Origin: Ignavibacteria bacterium
Lineage (GTDB): Bacteria > Bacteroidota > Ignavibacteria > Kapaibacteriales > UBA2268
Length of the DNA stretch: 64,000 bases
Direction of reading: 5' to 3'
Assembly: GCA_026417135.1 (NCBI GenBank)
Contig: JAOADV010000004.1
Location: forward strand, 814 to 64,813
Shown here: positions 9,522 to 18,907 of the stretch, one piece after another
How positions within the stretch are numbered: position 1 is the stretch's first letter
How the letters are laid out: every line of letters starts with the position of its first letter
Notes under the pieces: model-generated
What the model was told of the DNA's origin: nothing
Seen by the model: the letters and a program-made list of their open reading frames with translations, nothing else
Databases searched by the model: none
Position numbers and translations under genes: made by a program

Positions 9522-12500
9522 TTACTTTAACCAAATGAACTTTACGGAAGTGAAACTGGTTTGGCTTTCGGCTGTAACGAAATATATGCCTTCGGGAATT
9601 TGTTCAAATGGTAAATCAATTTTGTATTCTCTTGCTTCTTTTATATCTATCGAAAATTCAGCGAATTGAATTCCGTAAACATTATAAATTCTAAACTTGT
9701 GGTTGCCTAACTCGTACGGATAGAACTTAAGATAAACTTTTTGCTCGTTTGCGTTTATAATCACTGAATAGAATGGGTTTAAGCCCGGCTCGAACAATCT
9801 TAATCCTCCGCTGCTACAAACATTAAGCAAAGTAAATTTGCCCTTTGTTTCTTTAAAGTTTACCAAACCCTTAGCTGTTTTTGTGTTTTCGATGATAATA
9901 TCTGTTGTAGTATTGTTACCCAACTTGGCTCGAAACTTTAATTTTGCAATTGCCGAATCGCTTGCTATTGGTTTAATTGGCAAACCAGTAAGCAAGATTT
10001 TTGTTTCGCCATCTTTAACTATTCCTTTAGGAGTATCGCCAATTGGTTCCATCAAAGTGTAGTTAAATCGAATTTCTGTCGATATAGATTGATGAAAGTC
10101 TGTTACATTGTTCGGCATTTTTAAATATAAAGGAAGAATAAATTCTTCGCCAGTATTTGCAGAAACTTCGGCGACTACGATTTCAGCAGAGGAGGGTAAA
10201 ATAGTGAACTTTCCGTCAACTTCAGTAAAATATACGAAGCCATCAATCGAGCCAGAGGAATTGATATCCAATGTGGTCGAAAGAGTTGCGCTATTTAACA
10301 CTTCGAAACTAATTACAATGAGTGTTCTTGTAGTTGGAGAAAAGGGAATATTATCTAAAAGTAATGAATTCGTTCCTAATGTAACAATTACATTAGGGTT
10401 GGTTCCGACAAATTTTAAAATATTTTGGTCGTAATTAATCCTTGTTCGTACCCTTGTGGTTCCCGACTGTTCAAGGTTTACTGGATTTCGAACTAAGATG
10501 GGAATATTGATTATCTCGCCAACAAGCCCTTTGTGTTCGTCGATAAAAAGTTCTGCACGCGAGGCAATAGGATTGCTTGTAAATAAAATAGAGTCGAGGA
10601 AATTGCAAGGTTCACCAGTAAGTTTGAGAAAAGCATTCAACCCCCCAGATTTTTCGGGCAAATACCGTATGTCGATTTTCAGAGTACCGCCAGCCGATAG
10701 ATTCCAAGGTAATGCTGGTCCAAGTATTGTCAACTGCTTGTCCGAGAAGTTCGCAGAAGTAATTGTCAAAGCTCTATTGCTTGTGTTTCTGAGAATAATA
10801 CTCGTATCTTTTGTATTACCTACTATTCCAAAAATTGTTATGGGTGCTTTGTCTATTTTTGGACTGTGAACATTTCCAGTTAAAGAGACCCTCTTTTGTT
10901 CATTGCAATAATCGTCGCTTATGCTAAGATTAGATGTAAAGGTACCTTCGGTAGGCGATTGCAAGGCTATTTCTAATGTTTCAGATGCATTTGGTGCTAA
11001 TGTAATAGAAGAAGAAGGAACAGTAAAAGGAGACGGTAGGCTGAGATTTAGTGTGATTTGAACATTTCCAGTGTTTTGAATCGTTAAATTCATTTTCTTA
11101 ACTTCATTAGGACAGATAACCCCAAAATCAAGGTTCGATAAGTTCGATGAGAATGTTCTGTCGGCAACAAAGCAAGTTAAAGGAATTGATAAAGTAGGAT
11201 GATTTTTTGCATTACTTGTGATTACTAAATTTGCGGAAATATTGCCCTTTGTCGAAGCATTCACTCGGAGATTTAGTACGTATTGGGATTCTGGTGCTAT
11301 CTTCACCGTCCCTGGATTAGAAGGTATAAACGAAAAGTCCGTTGCATTTGGTCCGGTGATTTGGAAATTTGTTATTTCGAGTTCCAAGGCTCCAGTATTT
11401 TTAATTACAATTGCTGTGTCGTAAAATCTTTTTTTGCAATCCAAATTTGGGAAAGAAATGGAGTTGTAGGTGCTAATTTCTGGAAATCCGCTGCCACTTC
11501 CGAATATTTTAGATTCGAAACGCCCCTTTTGAGTATCGAAATACAAAGTGCTTTGCCGAAAAGATGGGTCGCTTGGTGTAAAAGCAACATTCATTTCCAA
11601 ACAAGAGAAGGGAGCAAGATATAAGTTAGTAGTTCCACCGAGCAAGCGGAAATCGCCTTGGTCCCCTCCGCTTATTCGGACGGAATAAATGGTTAATGGT
11701 TCATACCAATTGTTACAGAATAGTATTTTTTGCTGTAAAGTTTTTGTCTGCCCGACAACTCCAGAGCCACAATCTACATCTAATGGATAGACCCAACCAG
11801 AATTTATTACAAACTCGTTACCATCGCAAGCAGAGGTTGTCAAGTTGAACTTGTCAGTATGATAAAGCGAATCATTATGTGGAGTGAATTTTATCTTAAT
11901 CGTCCTCGAAGAATCCTTTTCCAATTTAAAAGGTGGAGGGGTGCCACCCCAGTCGGTAACTTCAACATTGTTGAATTGTGAAGTAACTCCGGGAGAATTT
12001 ACATTTACAAAATTGTTTTTTGCAACAATATTAATTGTTTTTTCGAATGGTTGGTTGTAGGGGCGATTTAGCACGTAAATTGTTTTATCGTTGGAATGGA
12101 TTGCAGGTAGAAATCGCGATGGGACCTTGTACGAGAAGCTATCGGCAAGATTAGAAGGTTTGTACACAATATTTCCAAGCCCACCAGAGCAGTCCGAAAT
12201 AAAACGAAGTCGGCAAGGTGCTGGGGGACCCAAAGTTCCTATTGTGGTTAAAATGGATGAATAGAGATTATTAAGTTCTTCTTCGCTTGGTACAGACTTA
12301 AAAGCTTCGCCGTGTGGAGTTCCCCCGCAAATGGCGCTTAATTCGGGAGGAACTGGGAAGCCCAGAGTAATTGCGTATATTGTAACATTATATTTCCTTG
12401 CCGAATCCAAAATCTGACTAACCCAGACACTGGTACGACTTGGTGGGGGATTTTGACGACCATTGTGTTCTCCATCTGTTAAGAAGATTACAACTGGCTT

Positions 12501-13082
12501 GTATTTGGCTCTTCGGGCGACAAGGACCGCTCCTTCGTTACCATAAACGTCGTAGAGGAGGCCAGCATTATAATCTGTTCCAGCACGAGGAGCAAGTAGG
12601 AAAGTATCTAAACCTTTATTCAACCACCATTTGCTATTTGTGAAATTTCGCACAAGAACATTTTCGTAGTCGAAAAGAGTTATAGCTGCTTCCCATCGAT
12701 TACTATCTGCTGGTAATGATTTGATTGCATTGCGGGCAGCTTGTCGAACAACGTCCATCTTTGTCTTTCCGGGAATGGTACTTGGCTCCGCCATTGAATA
12801 TGAAATATCGATAGTCAAAATCAACGAGAATTTTGTTTGACCGATAGGTGGGCAACCTACACCTTGTATTGCACGCGTGATTGTATTTTCGAGAACTTGG
12901 AAATCGCTCGATGTGAATGTTCTAACTTCTTTGCCTTCGTTATCGAAGACCTTGAACTCAACCATTATAGTTGGGTAATTCTCCGGAAAAATTTCGAATA
13001 CTTCTAATTTTTGAGATTTAGCACAGAAAACGAGAAGAATGAAAAATAAAGTGAAGACAACCGGGAAAATTCTTTTATTCAT
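9522..13082 (-). CDS. large secreted vWA-domain protein with a type IX secretion system C-terminal sorting domain
   Basis: 1186 aa with a signal peptide. The vWA domain has an intact MIDAS motif (DISYSM ... VIFLTDGEHNG). A long run of beta-rich, Ig-like repeats follows. The C-terminal ~80 aa (…PEGIYFVTAESQTSFTSVKFIWLK) matches the Por_Secre_tail / T9SS CTD pattern. Confidence 0.7.
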   Translation of the reverse strand: MNKRIFPVVFTLFFILLVFCAKSQKLEVFEIFPENYPTIMVEFKVFDNEGKEVRTFTSSDFQVLENTITRAIQGVGCPPIGQTKFSLILTIDISYSMAEPSTIPGKTKMDVVRQAARNAIKSLPADSNRWEAAITLFDYENVLVRNFTNSKWWLNKGLDTFLLAPRAGTDYNAGLLYDVYGNEGAVLVARRAKYKPVVIFLTDGEHNGRQNPPPSRTSVWVSQILDSARKYNVTIYAITLGFPVPPELSAICGGTPHGEAFKSVPSEEELNNLYSSILTTIGTLGPPAPCRLRFISDCSGGLGNIVYKPSNLADSFSYKVPSRFLPAIHSNDKTIYVLNRPYNQPFEKTINIVAKNNFVNVNSPGVTSQFNNVEVTDWGGTPPPFKLEKDSSRTIKIKFTPHNDSLYHTDKFNLTTSACDGNEFVINSGWVYPLDVDCGSGVVGQTKTLQQKILFCNNWYEPLTIYSVRISGGDQGDFRLLGGTTNLYLAPFSCLEMNVAFTPSDPSFRQSTLYFDTQKGRFESKIFGSGSGFPEISTYNSISFPNLDCKKRFYDTAIVIKNTGALELEITNFQITGPNATDFSFIPSNPGTVKIAPESQYVLNLRVNASTKGNISANLVITSNAKNHPTLSIPLTCFVADRTFSSNLSNLDFGVICPNEVKKMNLTIQNTGNVQITLNLSLPSPFTVPSSSITLAPNASETLEIALQSPTEGTFTSNLSISDDYCNEQKRVSLTGNVHSPKIDKAPITIFGIVGNTKDTSIILRNTSNRALTITSANFSDKQLTILGPALPWNLSAGGTLKIDIRYLPEKSGGLNAFLKLTGEPCNFLDSILFTSNPIASRAELFIDEHKGLVGEIINIPILVRNPVNLEQSGTTRVRTRINYDQNILKFVGTNPNVIVTLGTNSLLLDNIPFSPTTRTLIVISFEVLNSATLSTTLDINSSGSIDGFVYFTEVDGKFTILPSSAEIVVAEVSANTGEEFILPLYLKMPNNVTDFHQSISTEIRFNYTLMEPIGDTPKGIVKDGETKILLTGLPIKPIASDSAIAKLKFRAKLGNNTTTDIIIENTKTAKGLVNFKETKGKFTLLNVCSSGGLRLFEPGLNPFYSVIINANEQKVYLKFYPYELGNHKFRIYNVYGIQFAEFSIDIKEAREYKIDLPFEQIPEGIYFVTAESQTSFTSVKFIWLK

Positions 13083-13112
13083 TTTGCCTCCTTTTTTTCA
13101 TAATAAAACACA

Positions 13113-15140
13113 TCATTCAATTGGTGTTACAATTTCGATATTAACCGTTCTACAATAAAAGCGACCTTCGGGTAAGTAATTGTCATACAAAAGTTTAGAT
13201 TCTCCAAGACCAACTGCAAACTTCGGGTCGACACCGAGAACTCTTGCAGTCGAAAGAGCACGTCGCTGCGAAAGTACTAAGTTCGTCGATTCATCGCCTA
13301 TTCTATCTGTATATCCTTCGATTTTAACAGTGGAGCTGGGCCTAATTCTTTTTTTAGCGATACTTGCTATTTTAAGATTTTCACCAGTTACTTCATATTG
13401 ACCGAAATCGAAAAGGATAAGGCTAAACCGGTCTATCATCTTGTCGGCAACTTGCTCGACAATTTTTTTCTCGATTGTTAATATTTCGACTGGCAGTTCT
13501 AAAGTTTGAGATTCCCATTTCTTTTGGTCTTTGTCGATGACAATTAGCTTGTATTTTAATGGTTCGTCCAGTTTAGGGACAGAATGTTGTTCCCAAGCGA
13601 TATCCCATTCAATAGCCTTTGGAATGTCCCCTTTCCCCTCGAAGACTTTTAATACGCCATTTGTTTGGGATGTTACCAGTTGCCATCTGTCAATACCTAT
13701 TGGGGTTTTTACTACTGGCTTAAAACGGAATTTAGGCGGATTGACTTCTCGCAGAGTATCTTCGACGACGAGTGGTTCGAATATTTGGGGAATGTTAGCA
13801 TAAATTTCGACGCGGCGATTTTCGACAATTCCGTCGGGGTCGTTAGGATTCGAAGGTTTGTCGGGTAAGTTTTTTGCCGATACTTTTATTCTTTCGGGCG
13901 GAATTTTCCAAACTTCGGTTAGGTAATTGCGAACCGATTCGGCTCGCATTTGAGATAATCGTATATTCCCTTTTTCAAGTCCTTCGTCCGAATTGTATCC
14001 GATAATTGTCAGCTCCGCTTGGGGATATTGCGAAACTCTTTTACCTATCACATTTAGAATTTCGTAGTAAATATCCAGTGTCGGCAGCCCATAGAGTTTT
14101 TTGATTGTAAAATCTTTGGTTTCTTCTGGTTTTAATCGCTTGTATCTTCTTGGAATTTCCGAAGAATTTTCATCGAAGAATATGTATCCTAAAAGTGGGT
14201 ACATTTTTGTCGAAAGGAACTCTTCGACCTTTAATAAAATTACCGAACGTTCATTCCCTCGTTCGTCGAGGCTAACTGCCGTTATAGATGCTTCCAGTGT
14301 TGGTTCCGTCGGGGGTGTTGGCAAATCGGGAAGTGGCGGAGTAATTGGGGGAGGAGGCGGTGGGGCTATTTTTTTCTCCTTCCTTGGTGCATAAACGAAA
14401 CTGATTCCAGCAGCGAAGGAATATGGTTTCCATTCGTCTTGGTCGATATTGTTGAATCCGATTTTACATTGTAGTCCGGGAACAAAAAATAAAGTAGAAT
14501 TGGCATTAATTGGCAAAAAATAGCGCAATCCAAATTTTAATCCATACAAGAGCTTGTTTACATTTGGAATTTCACCCGATGTTTGGTTACGTACCCTTGT
14601 TTTTTCAACAGCAAATACACCATACGAAGGACTTACTATTTCTTCTTTTTGTTCAAAAGTATGTTTAAGTAAGAAATTTACTGATGGACCGATAGATAAC
14701 ACGAATTGTGGAGTTAGTCGGTAAGAAAAAGACAAGTCGCCGAATATGGAATTTAAATTTGACTTTACCGAATGTTCGAATTCTCCCCAAACCCCTTCTT
14801 GGGCTTGAGTAGAAAAATATTCTTTTTCACGTTTTAAAAGAGTTGCACCAAGATTTTCGTAACCGATTTGAAATAATAGTCCAAAACTTTCGGAGAACGG
14901 AAAAATTATCTTAGACCCAAAATTATAGTTTAACCCAAAACCGGTTTCGAAGCGAGGGCAACAGCTTGGAATATTTGGGAAATTAACACCTTTGAAATTT
15001 GCAGAATGAAAATTGGCTCCGCCAGAGAAAGTAAAACCAATTCCAAACCTATTTGATAATGGGGAATCAATATAATTTTGACTAAAAACTTGGTAGTAAA
15101 AGACGAAGACCGAAAGGAACAACTGTAATCCTTTTTTCAT
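13113..15140 (-). CDS. OmpA-family outer membrane protein: N-terminal beta-barrel, polyproline linker, two OmpA-like C-terminal domains
   Basis: 675 aa with a signal peptide. The N-terminal ~250 aa are aromatic/Gly-rich with beta-barrel character. A PPPPPPITPPLPDLPTPPTEP linker follows. Two OmpA_C-like segments are present (…NRRVEIYAN and GYTDRIGDESTNLVLSQRRALS…). Confidence 0.7.
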   Translation of the reverse strand: MKKGLQLFLSVFVFYYQVFSQNYIDSPLSNRFGIGFTFSGGANFHSANFKGVNFPNIPSCCPRFETGFGLNYNFGSKIIFPFSESFGLLFQIGYENLGATLLKREKEYFSTQAQEGVWGEFEHSVKSNLNSIFGDLSFSYRLTPQFVLSIGPSVNFLLKHTFEQKEEIVSPSYGVFAVEKTRVRNQTSGEIPNVNKLLYGLKFGLRYFLPINANSTLFFVPGLQCKIGFNNIDQDEWKPYSFAAGISFVYAPRKEKKIAPPPPPPITPPLPDLPTPPTEPTLEASITAVSLDERGNERSVILLKVEEFLSTKMYPLLGYIFFDENSSEIPRRYKRLKPEETKDFTIKKLYGLPTLDIYYEILNVIGKRVSQYPQAELTIIGYNSDEGLEKGNIRLSQMRAESVRNYLTEVWKIPPERIKVSAKNLPDKPSNPNDPDGIVENRRVEIYANIPQIFEPLVVEDTLREVNPPKFRFKPVVKTPIGIDRWQLVTSQTNGVLKVFEGKGDIPKAIEWDIAWEQHSVPKLDEPLKYKLIVIDKDQKKWESQTLELPVEILTIEKKIVEQVADKMIDRFSLILFDFGQYEVTGENLKIASIAKKRIRPSSTVKIEGYTDRIGDESTNLVLSQRRALSTARVLGVDPKFAVGLGESKLLYDNYLPEGRFYCRTVNIEIVTPIE

Positions 15141-15604
15141 TTGCAGCTCCCAAATCTGGGTTATTCAAAAAACTTAATTTGCAATATAATAAAAGGGAAG
15201 CAAAAACCAAATGCATTTTGTTCAAGGAAAATAAAATTTTTATAAGTTCTTGAGTTGTTGAGATACTTTCGAATCGTTCATTAACAATTTTTGGGTATCG
15301 TAAGGTTAGGAAAATACAAGATTACAAATTTTGTTTCACTCAAAGTCCAAAGGCAGATGTATTAAAATCGATATTCTAATTTTTGAATACAATCAACTTT
15401 GTTCAATGTATTTTACACAAGTGTGTTCGAAAGGAGATATCTGAGCTTAAGTATCCCGTCCTTTCTGTTATTTTAAAAGTAGATTAGCTAAGACCTCTTT
15501 ACAATACATTTTATTATAAAGTTGCATTTTAACAAAACAAACACGCAAAAAAGATAAAAAACCTATTTGCTAATTTTAATCTAAAAATAAGTCTACGCGT
15601 TGAC

Positions 15605-15643
15605 TGAAAATAATAAATTGAAACAAGTTTGCTTCGCAAACTT
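15605..15643 (-). terminator. putative rho-independent terminator for the E2 gene
   Basis: A perfect 8-bp stem AAGTTTGC/GCAAACTT with a 3-nt loop sits at 15625-15643, about 40 nt downstream of the stop at 15682. It is followed on the minus strand by a T-rich tract (GTTTCAATTTATTATTTT). Confidence 0.4.
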
Positions 15644-15681
15644 ATGATTTAGTGCTTAAAAGTAACTTTCAGCGTTTTCGC

Positions 15682-17028
15682 CTAAATGAACAAAGTTTTT
15701 TCGTTTTGAGCCTCTAAAAGTCGCACAAGTTCAGTTAAGTATAAGCCAGCAAGTTGACCATCGATTACTCTATGGTCGAAAGTTAAGGATACGAATGCCA
15801 TATATCTGACGACGATGACATCTTCGCCGTCGATTGTCCGCACGACGGGCCTCTTTTGAATTGCCCCAACACCTAAAATTGCTGTTTGTGGTTGATTTAT
15901 AACGGGCGTACCGAATAGAGTACCAAATGACCCAACATTTGTTATTGTAAAGGTACCACCTTGGATTTCGTCTGGATTCAACTTTTTCGACCGAGCCCTC
16001 GACGATAGGTCGAAAATAGCGCGTGCGAGCCCACTAAGGTTCATAGCATCAGCATTTTTTACAACGGGGACGATTAAATTTCCGTCTTCGAGTGCAGTTG
16101 CGATTCCCAAATGTATTCGCTTATGCTGGATAATGTTGGTTCCATCAACACTTACGTTAACGCGTGGGTATGCTCGGATGGCTTCGACCGCTGCTTTTGC
16201 AAAAAATGGAGTATATGTGAGTTTAAAACCTTCTCGCTTTTCGAATTCTACTTTATACTTTTCTCTGAAACGGACAATACCAGTAACATCGGCTTCGTGT
16301 ACACTGGTTACGTGGGCGGAAGTTTGTTTCGAGTAAACCATATGTTGTGCAATAATCTGTCGGACTCGGTCCATAGGAATAATTTCAACGTCGGGACCCC
16401 AAGATGGTATCGTAGGTGTAGGCGGTTTACTAACTTCAATTTTGGGTGTTGGCGGAATAGCTTCGGGTTGGGGAATTTCTTTTGCTTTTTCTTCGACCGA
16501 AACAGTTGGAGCAGTTTTGTGTTCTCTTTCTTTTATGTACAATAGCAAATCATCCTTTGTAACTCTTCCACCTTGTCCGGTACCTTTAATAGAAAGTAAT
16601 TCCTCTTCGGTAATACCCTCTTTTTTTGCAATTGAACGAACAAGTGGGGAAAAATAGTTTCTTCCTTCACGAGTTTTTTCCTTAGAAACCTGAGGTTCTG
16701 TTACAGTTATTTCATCAATCTGTTTTACGATGTCCTGTTCTTCGGTGGAAACAGTTGGAACTTTAGTAGTAGGAGCTATTTCACTTTCTTCGCCCACAGC
16801 GATTCGAGCGATAACAGCTCCAACTGGAACCGTTTGGTTTTCTTGTGCGAGAATTTCCACCAATATACCAGAAACAGGCGAAGGCACTTCTGTATCAACT
16901 TTATCGGTCGATATTTCTAATATCATTTCGTCTCGTTCTATTCGGTCGCCGACTTTCTTCAACCAGCGAAGAATGGTGCCTTCTTGCAATGATTCACCCA
17001 TCTTTGGCATTATTACATCTACTTGCAT
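15682..17028 (-). CDS. 2-oxoacid dehydrogenase complex E2 component (dihydrolipoamide acyltransferase); substrate specificity not assignable
   Basis: It has a lipoyl domain (EISTDKVDTEVPSPVSGIL), an E3-binding domain (SPLVRSIAKKEGITEEEL..GTGQGGRVTKDDL) and a catalytic domain with DHRVIDG. I chose the internal start MQVDVIMPKMGESL at 17028, which has an AGGGG ribosome-binding site 6 nt upstream, over the longer ORF start at 17103. The longer start would overlap the upstream gene. Confidence 0.85.
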   Translation of the reverse strand: MQVDVIMPKMGESLQEGTILRWLKKVGDRIERDEMILEISTDKVDTEVPSPVSGILVEILAQENQTVPVGAVIARIAVGEESEIAPTTKVPTVSTEEQDIVKQIDEITVTEPQVSKEKTREGRNYFSPLVRSIAKKEGITEEELLSIKGTGQGGRVTKDDLLLYIKEREHKTAPTVSVEEKAKEIPQPEAIPPTPKIEVSKPPTPTIPSWGPDVEIIPMDRVRQIIAQHMVYSKQTSAHVTSVHEADVTGIVRFREKYKVEFEKREGFKLTYTPFFAKAAVEAIRAYPRVNVSVDGTNIIQHKRIHLGIATALEDGNLIVPVVKNADAMNLSGLARAIFDLSSRARSKKLNPDEIQGGTFTITNVGSFGTLFGTPVINQPQTAILGVGAIQKRPVVRTIDGEDVIVVRYMAFVSLTFDHRVIDGQLAGLYLTELVRLLEAQNEKTLFI

Positions 17029-17065
17029 TTGCGACCCCTTGTTAAAAAAAGACAAAGTTAAAAAA

Positions 17066-17761
17066 TCATTTGTTGTAAAAAAAGAGGTTTTTATCGATTT
17101 CACTGTTTATATTTATGCTTACAATTTGTACGATTGTTTTTTTTGAGTTGTTTGCAATAATTTCCAAAGTTCTTGGGACTGCGAACCCTTTGTATTGAAA
17201 AAAGTTGCGAGGAATAATTTTAAAGGTAAATGGAGATTGATAAAAACTAACAAGTTTATAAATATCCAACTCGTTTTTCTTACTTAAAAAGTAAGTTGTC
17301 GTATCGTTAGTTAGGTTAACTATGGAAAACGAGTGGTATTCAACGTCTTCTTTTTGATTATCGAGAATTTTAAGTTGTTCGAAAATATTATTGTCGAAGA
17401 AAGAGAAAAGTGAGAGGATATTCGACTTTGTTCTTACGACTTCCTCTGGATGCAAGTCGGTGGGTTGGTATATGTTCCGGGTTGGGTCCACAATCCATCC
17501 AATTGTTCCTTTTACAACTGTTATAGCATAAATATTGTCGAAACGAACTTGAAGTCTTAAGGTATCGGGTAGCAATCGGTGAAGTACAAATTCCAAGGAG
17601 TCGTTGTTTTCGTTTATAATTACCCCGATTATTTGATAATTCTTCAAGGAATTTAATGCCGAAGGTTTAGCGAGGAAATTCTTATAACTTTCGAAAAGCG
17701 TATTGTTTATTTGTGCATTAGTTATCAGAACAGATATAAGAAATGCAAATAAAATTTTCAT
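17066..17761 (-). CDS. hypothetical exported protein
   Basis: 231 aa with an N-terminal signal peptide (MKILFAFLISVLITNAQ). No recognisable catalytic motif. Confidence 0.4.
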   Translation of the reverse strand: MKILFAFLISVLITNAQINNTLFESYKNFLAKPSALNSLKNYQIIGVIINENNDSLEFVLHRLLPDTLRLQVRFDNIYAITVVKGTIGWIVDPTRNIYQPTDLHPEEVVRTKSNILSLFSFFDNNIFEQLKILDNQKEDVEYHSFSIVNLTNDTTTYFLSKKNELDIYKLVSFYQSPFTFKIIPRNFFQYKGFAVPRTLEIIANNSKKTIVQIVSININSEIDKNLFFYNK

Positions 17762-17887
17762 TTTTACTCAACACTAAATAAGTTATGTCGAATAAAGTCT
17801 GTGTTTAGTGAGATTATTATTTATTTTGCCATTTATAATTTTTCTCTTAATTTTGTTGCTCTTAAATTTAGTTATTTCGAGGAATTT

Positions 17888-18370
17888 ATGAGCGTAAGGA
17901 AAATTTACGAAACTACATTCATTATTAATGCTGCATTGGAAGATTTCGATGTAGAATCTATTATAACTAAGGTAACAAATTATATCGAAAGTTTAGGTGC
18001 AGATATTTTGCAAATCAATAAGTGGGGACGTCGACGCTTGGCATATCCGATAAATAAAAAATACAATGGCTATTACGTTCATATTCTTTACGAAGCCTCG
18101 CCAAGCATAATACCAATTTTCGAGCGTTTCTTAATACTCGACGATACAATTTTAAGACATTTAACTTTGGCTCTTCCCAAACGACTTCGAAACTATAGGC
18201 TTCGTTCTCTTGCCGAAGGTAAATCCCCCATTTTTGCAATGGAAGAGCCACCAAAGGCTGAACCTGTTACTTTAAAGGAAACGGTAGAAGCTCCACTGGA
18301 ATCGGAGACGGTCGATAATTCGACTGTCGAAATTGCCGAATCAAGTAATGATAAAGTTGAAACTGAATAA
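17888..18370 (+). CDS. rpsF: 30S ribosomal protein S6 with extended acidic C-terminal tail
   Basis: MSVRKIYETTFIINAALEDFDVESIITKV…WGRRRLAYPINKKYNGYYV is canonical S6. The start was chosen at the internal ATG (17888), not the ORF-track start at 17801. A ~55 aa acidic tail follows the core. Confidence 0.85.
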   Translation: MSVRKIYETTFIINAALEDFDVESIITKVTNYIESLGADILQINKWGRRRLAYPINKKYNGYYVHILYEASPSIIPIFERFLILDDTILRHLTLALPKRLRNYRLRSLAEGKSPIFAMEEPPKAEPVTLKETVEAPLESETVDNSTVEIAESSNDKVETE

Positions 18371-18396
18371 ATGTTAACAATTAGTATAGTTGGATT

Positions 18397-18849
18397 ATGA
18401 AAGTAATATTGAGAAAAGATTTAGAGAAATTAGGTAAGACGGGCGATGTAGTCACGGTCAAAGATGGATATGCCCGCAATTATTTAATCCCCCGAGGCTA
18501 TGCTTATTATGCTTCCGAAGGAGCAATCAAAGCAATAGAAATTGAAAAGAAAAGACAGATTAGAAGAATCGAGCAAGAACGGAGCCGTGCGGAAAAATTT
18601 GCCCAAGAACTTTCTCAGATACAACTTACAATTCCAATGCGTGTAGGCGAAGAAGGCAAGCTTTATGGTTCCGTAACCCCAGCTATCATTTCCGAACTTT
18701 TGAAGTCGGAACATAATATAGAAATAGATAGAAGGCAAATTTTAGTTGACGAACCAATCAAAACTCTTGGTGTGTTTGATGTTAAGATAAAATTATATCA
18801 AGATATTTATGCGAATATTAAACTTTGGGTTATTGCAGAGGAAGAATAA
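18397..18849 (+). CDS. rplI: 50S ribosomal protein L9
   Basis: MKVILRKDLEKLGKTGDVVTVKDGYARNYLIPRGYA is the canonical L9 N-terminus. Confidence 0.9.
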   Translation: MKVILRKDLEKLGKTGDVVTVKDGYARNYLIPRGYAYYASEGAIKAIEIEKKRQIRRIEQERSRAEKFAQELSQIQLTIPMRVGEEGKLYGSVTPAIISELLKSEHNIEIDRRQILVDEPIKTLGVFDVKIKLYQDIYANIKLWVIAEEE

Positions 18850-18867
18850 TTTTTTAATACAAAATCG

Positions 18868-18906
18868 AAGGCTGTAATCTTTTGATTTTACAGCCTTTTT
18901 TTATTT
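18868..18906 (+). terminator. rho-independent terminator after rplI
   Basis: AAGGCTGTAA-TCTTTTGAT-TTACAGCCTT hairpin followed by TTTTTTTATTTT. Confidence 0.55.
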
Positions 18907-18907
18907 T

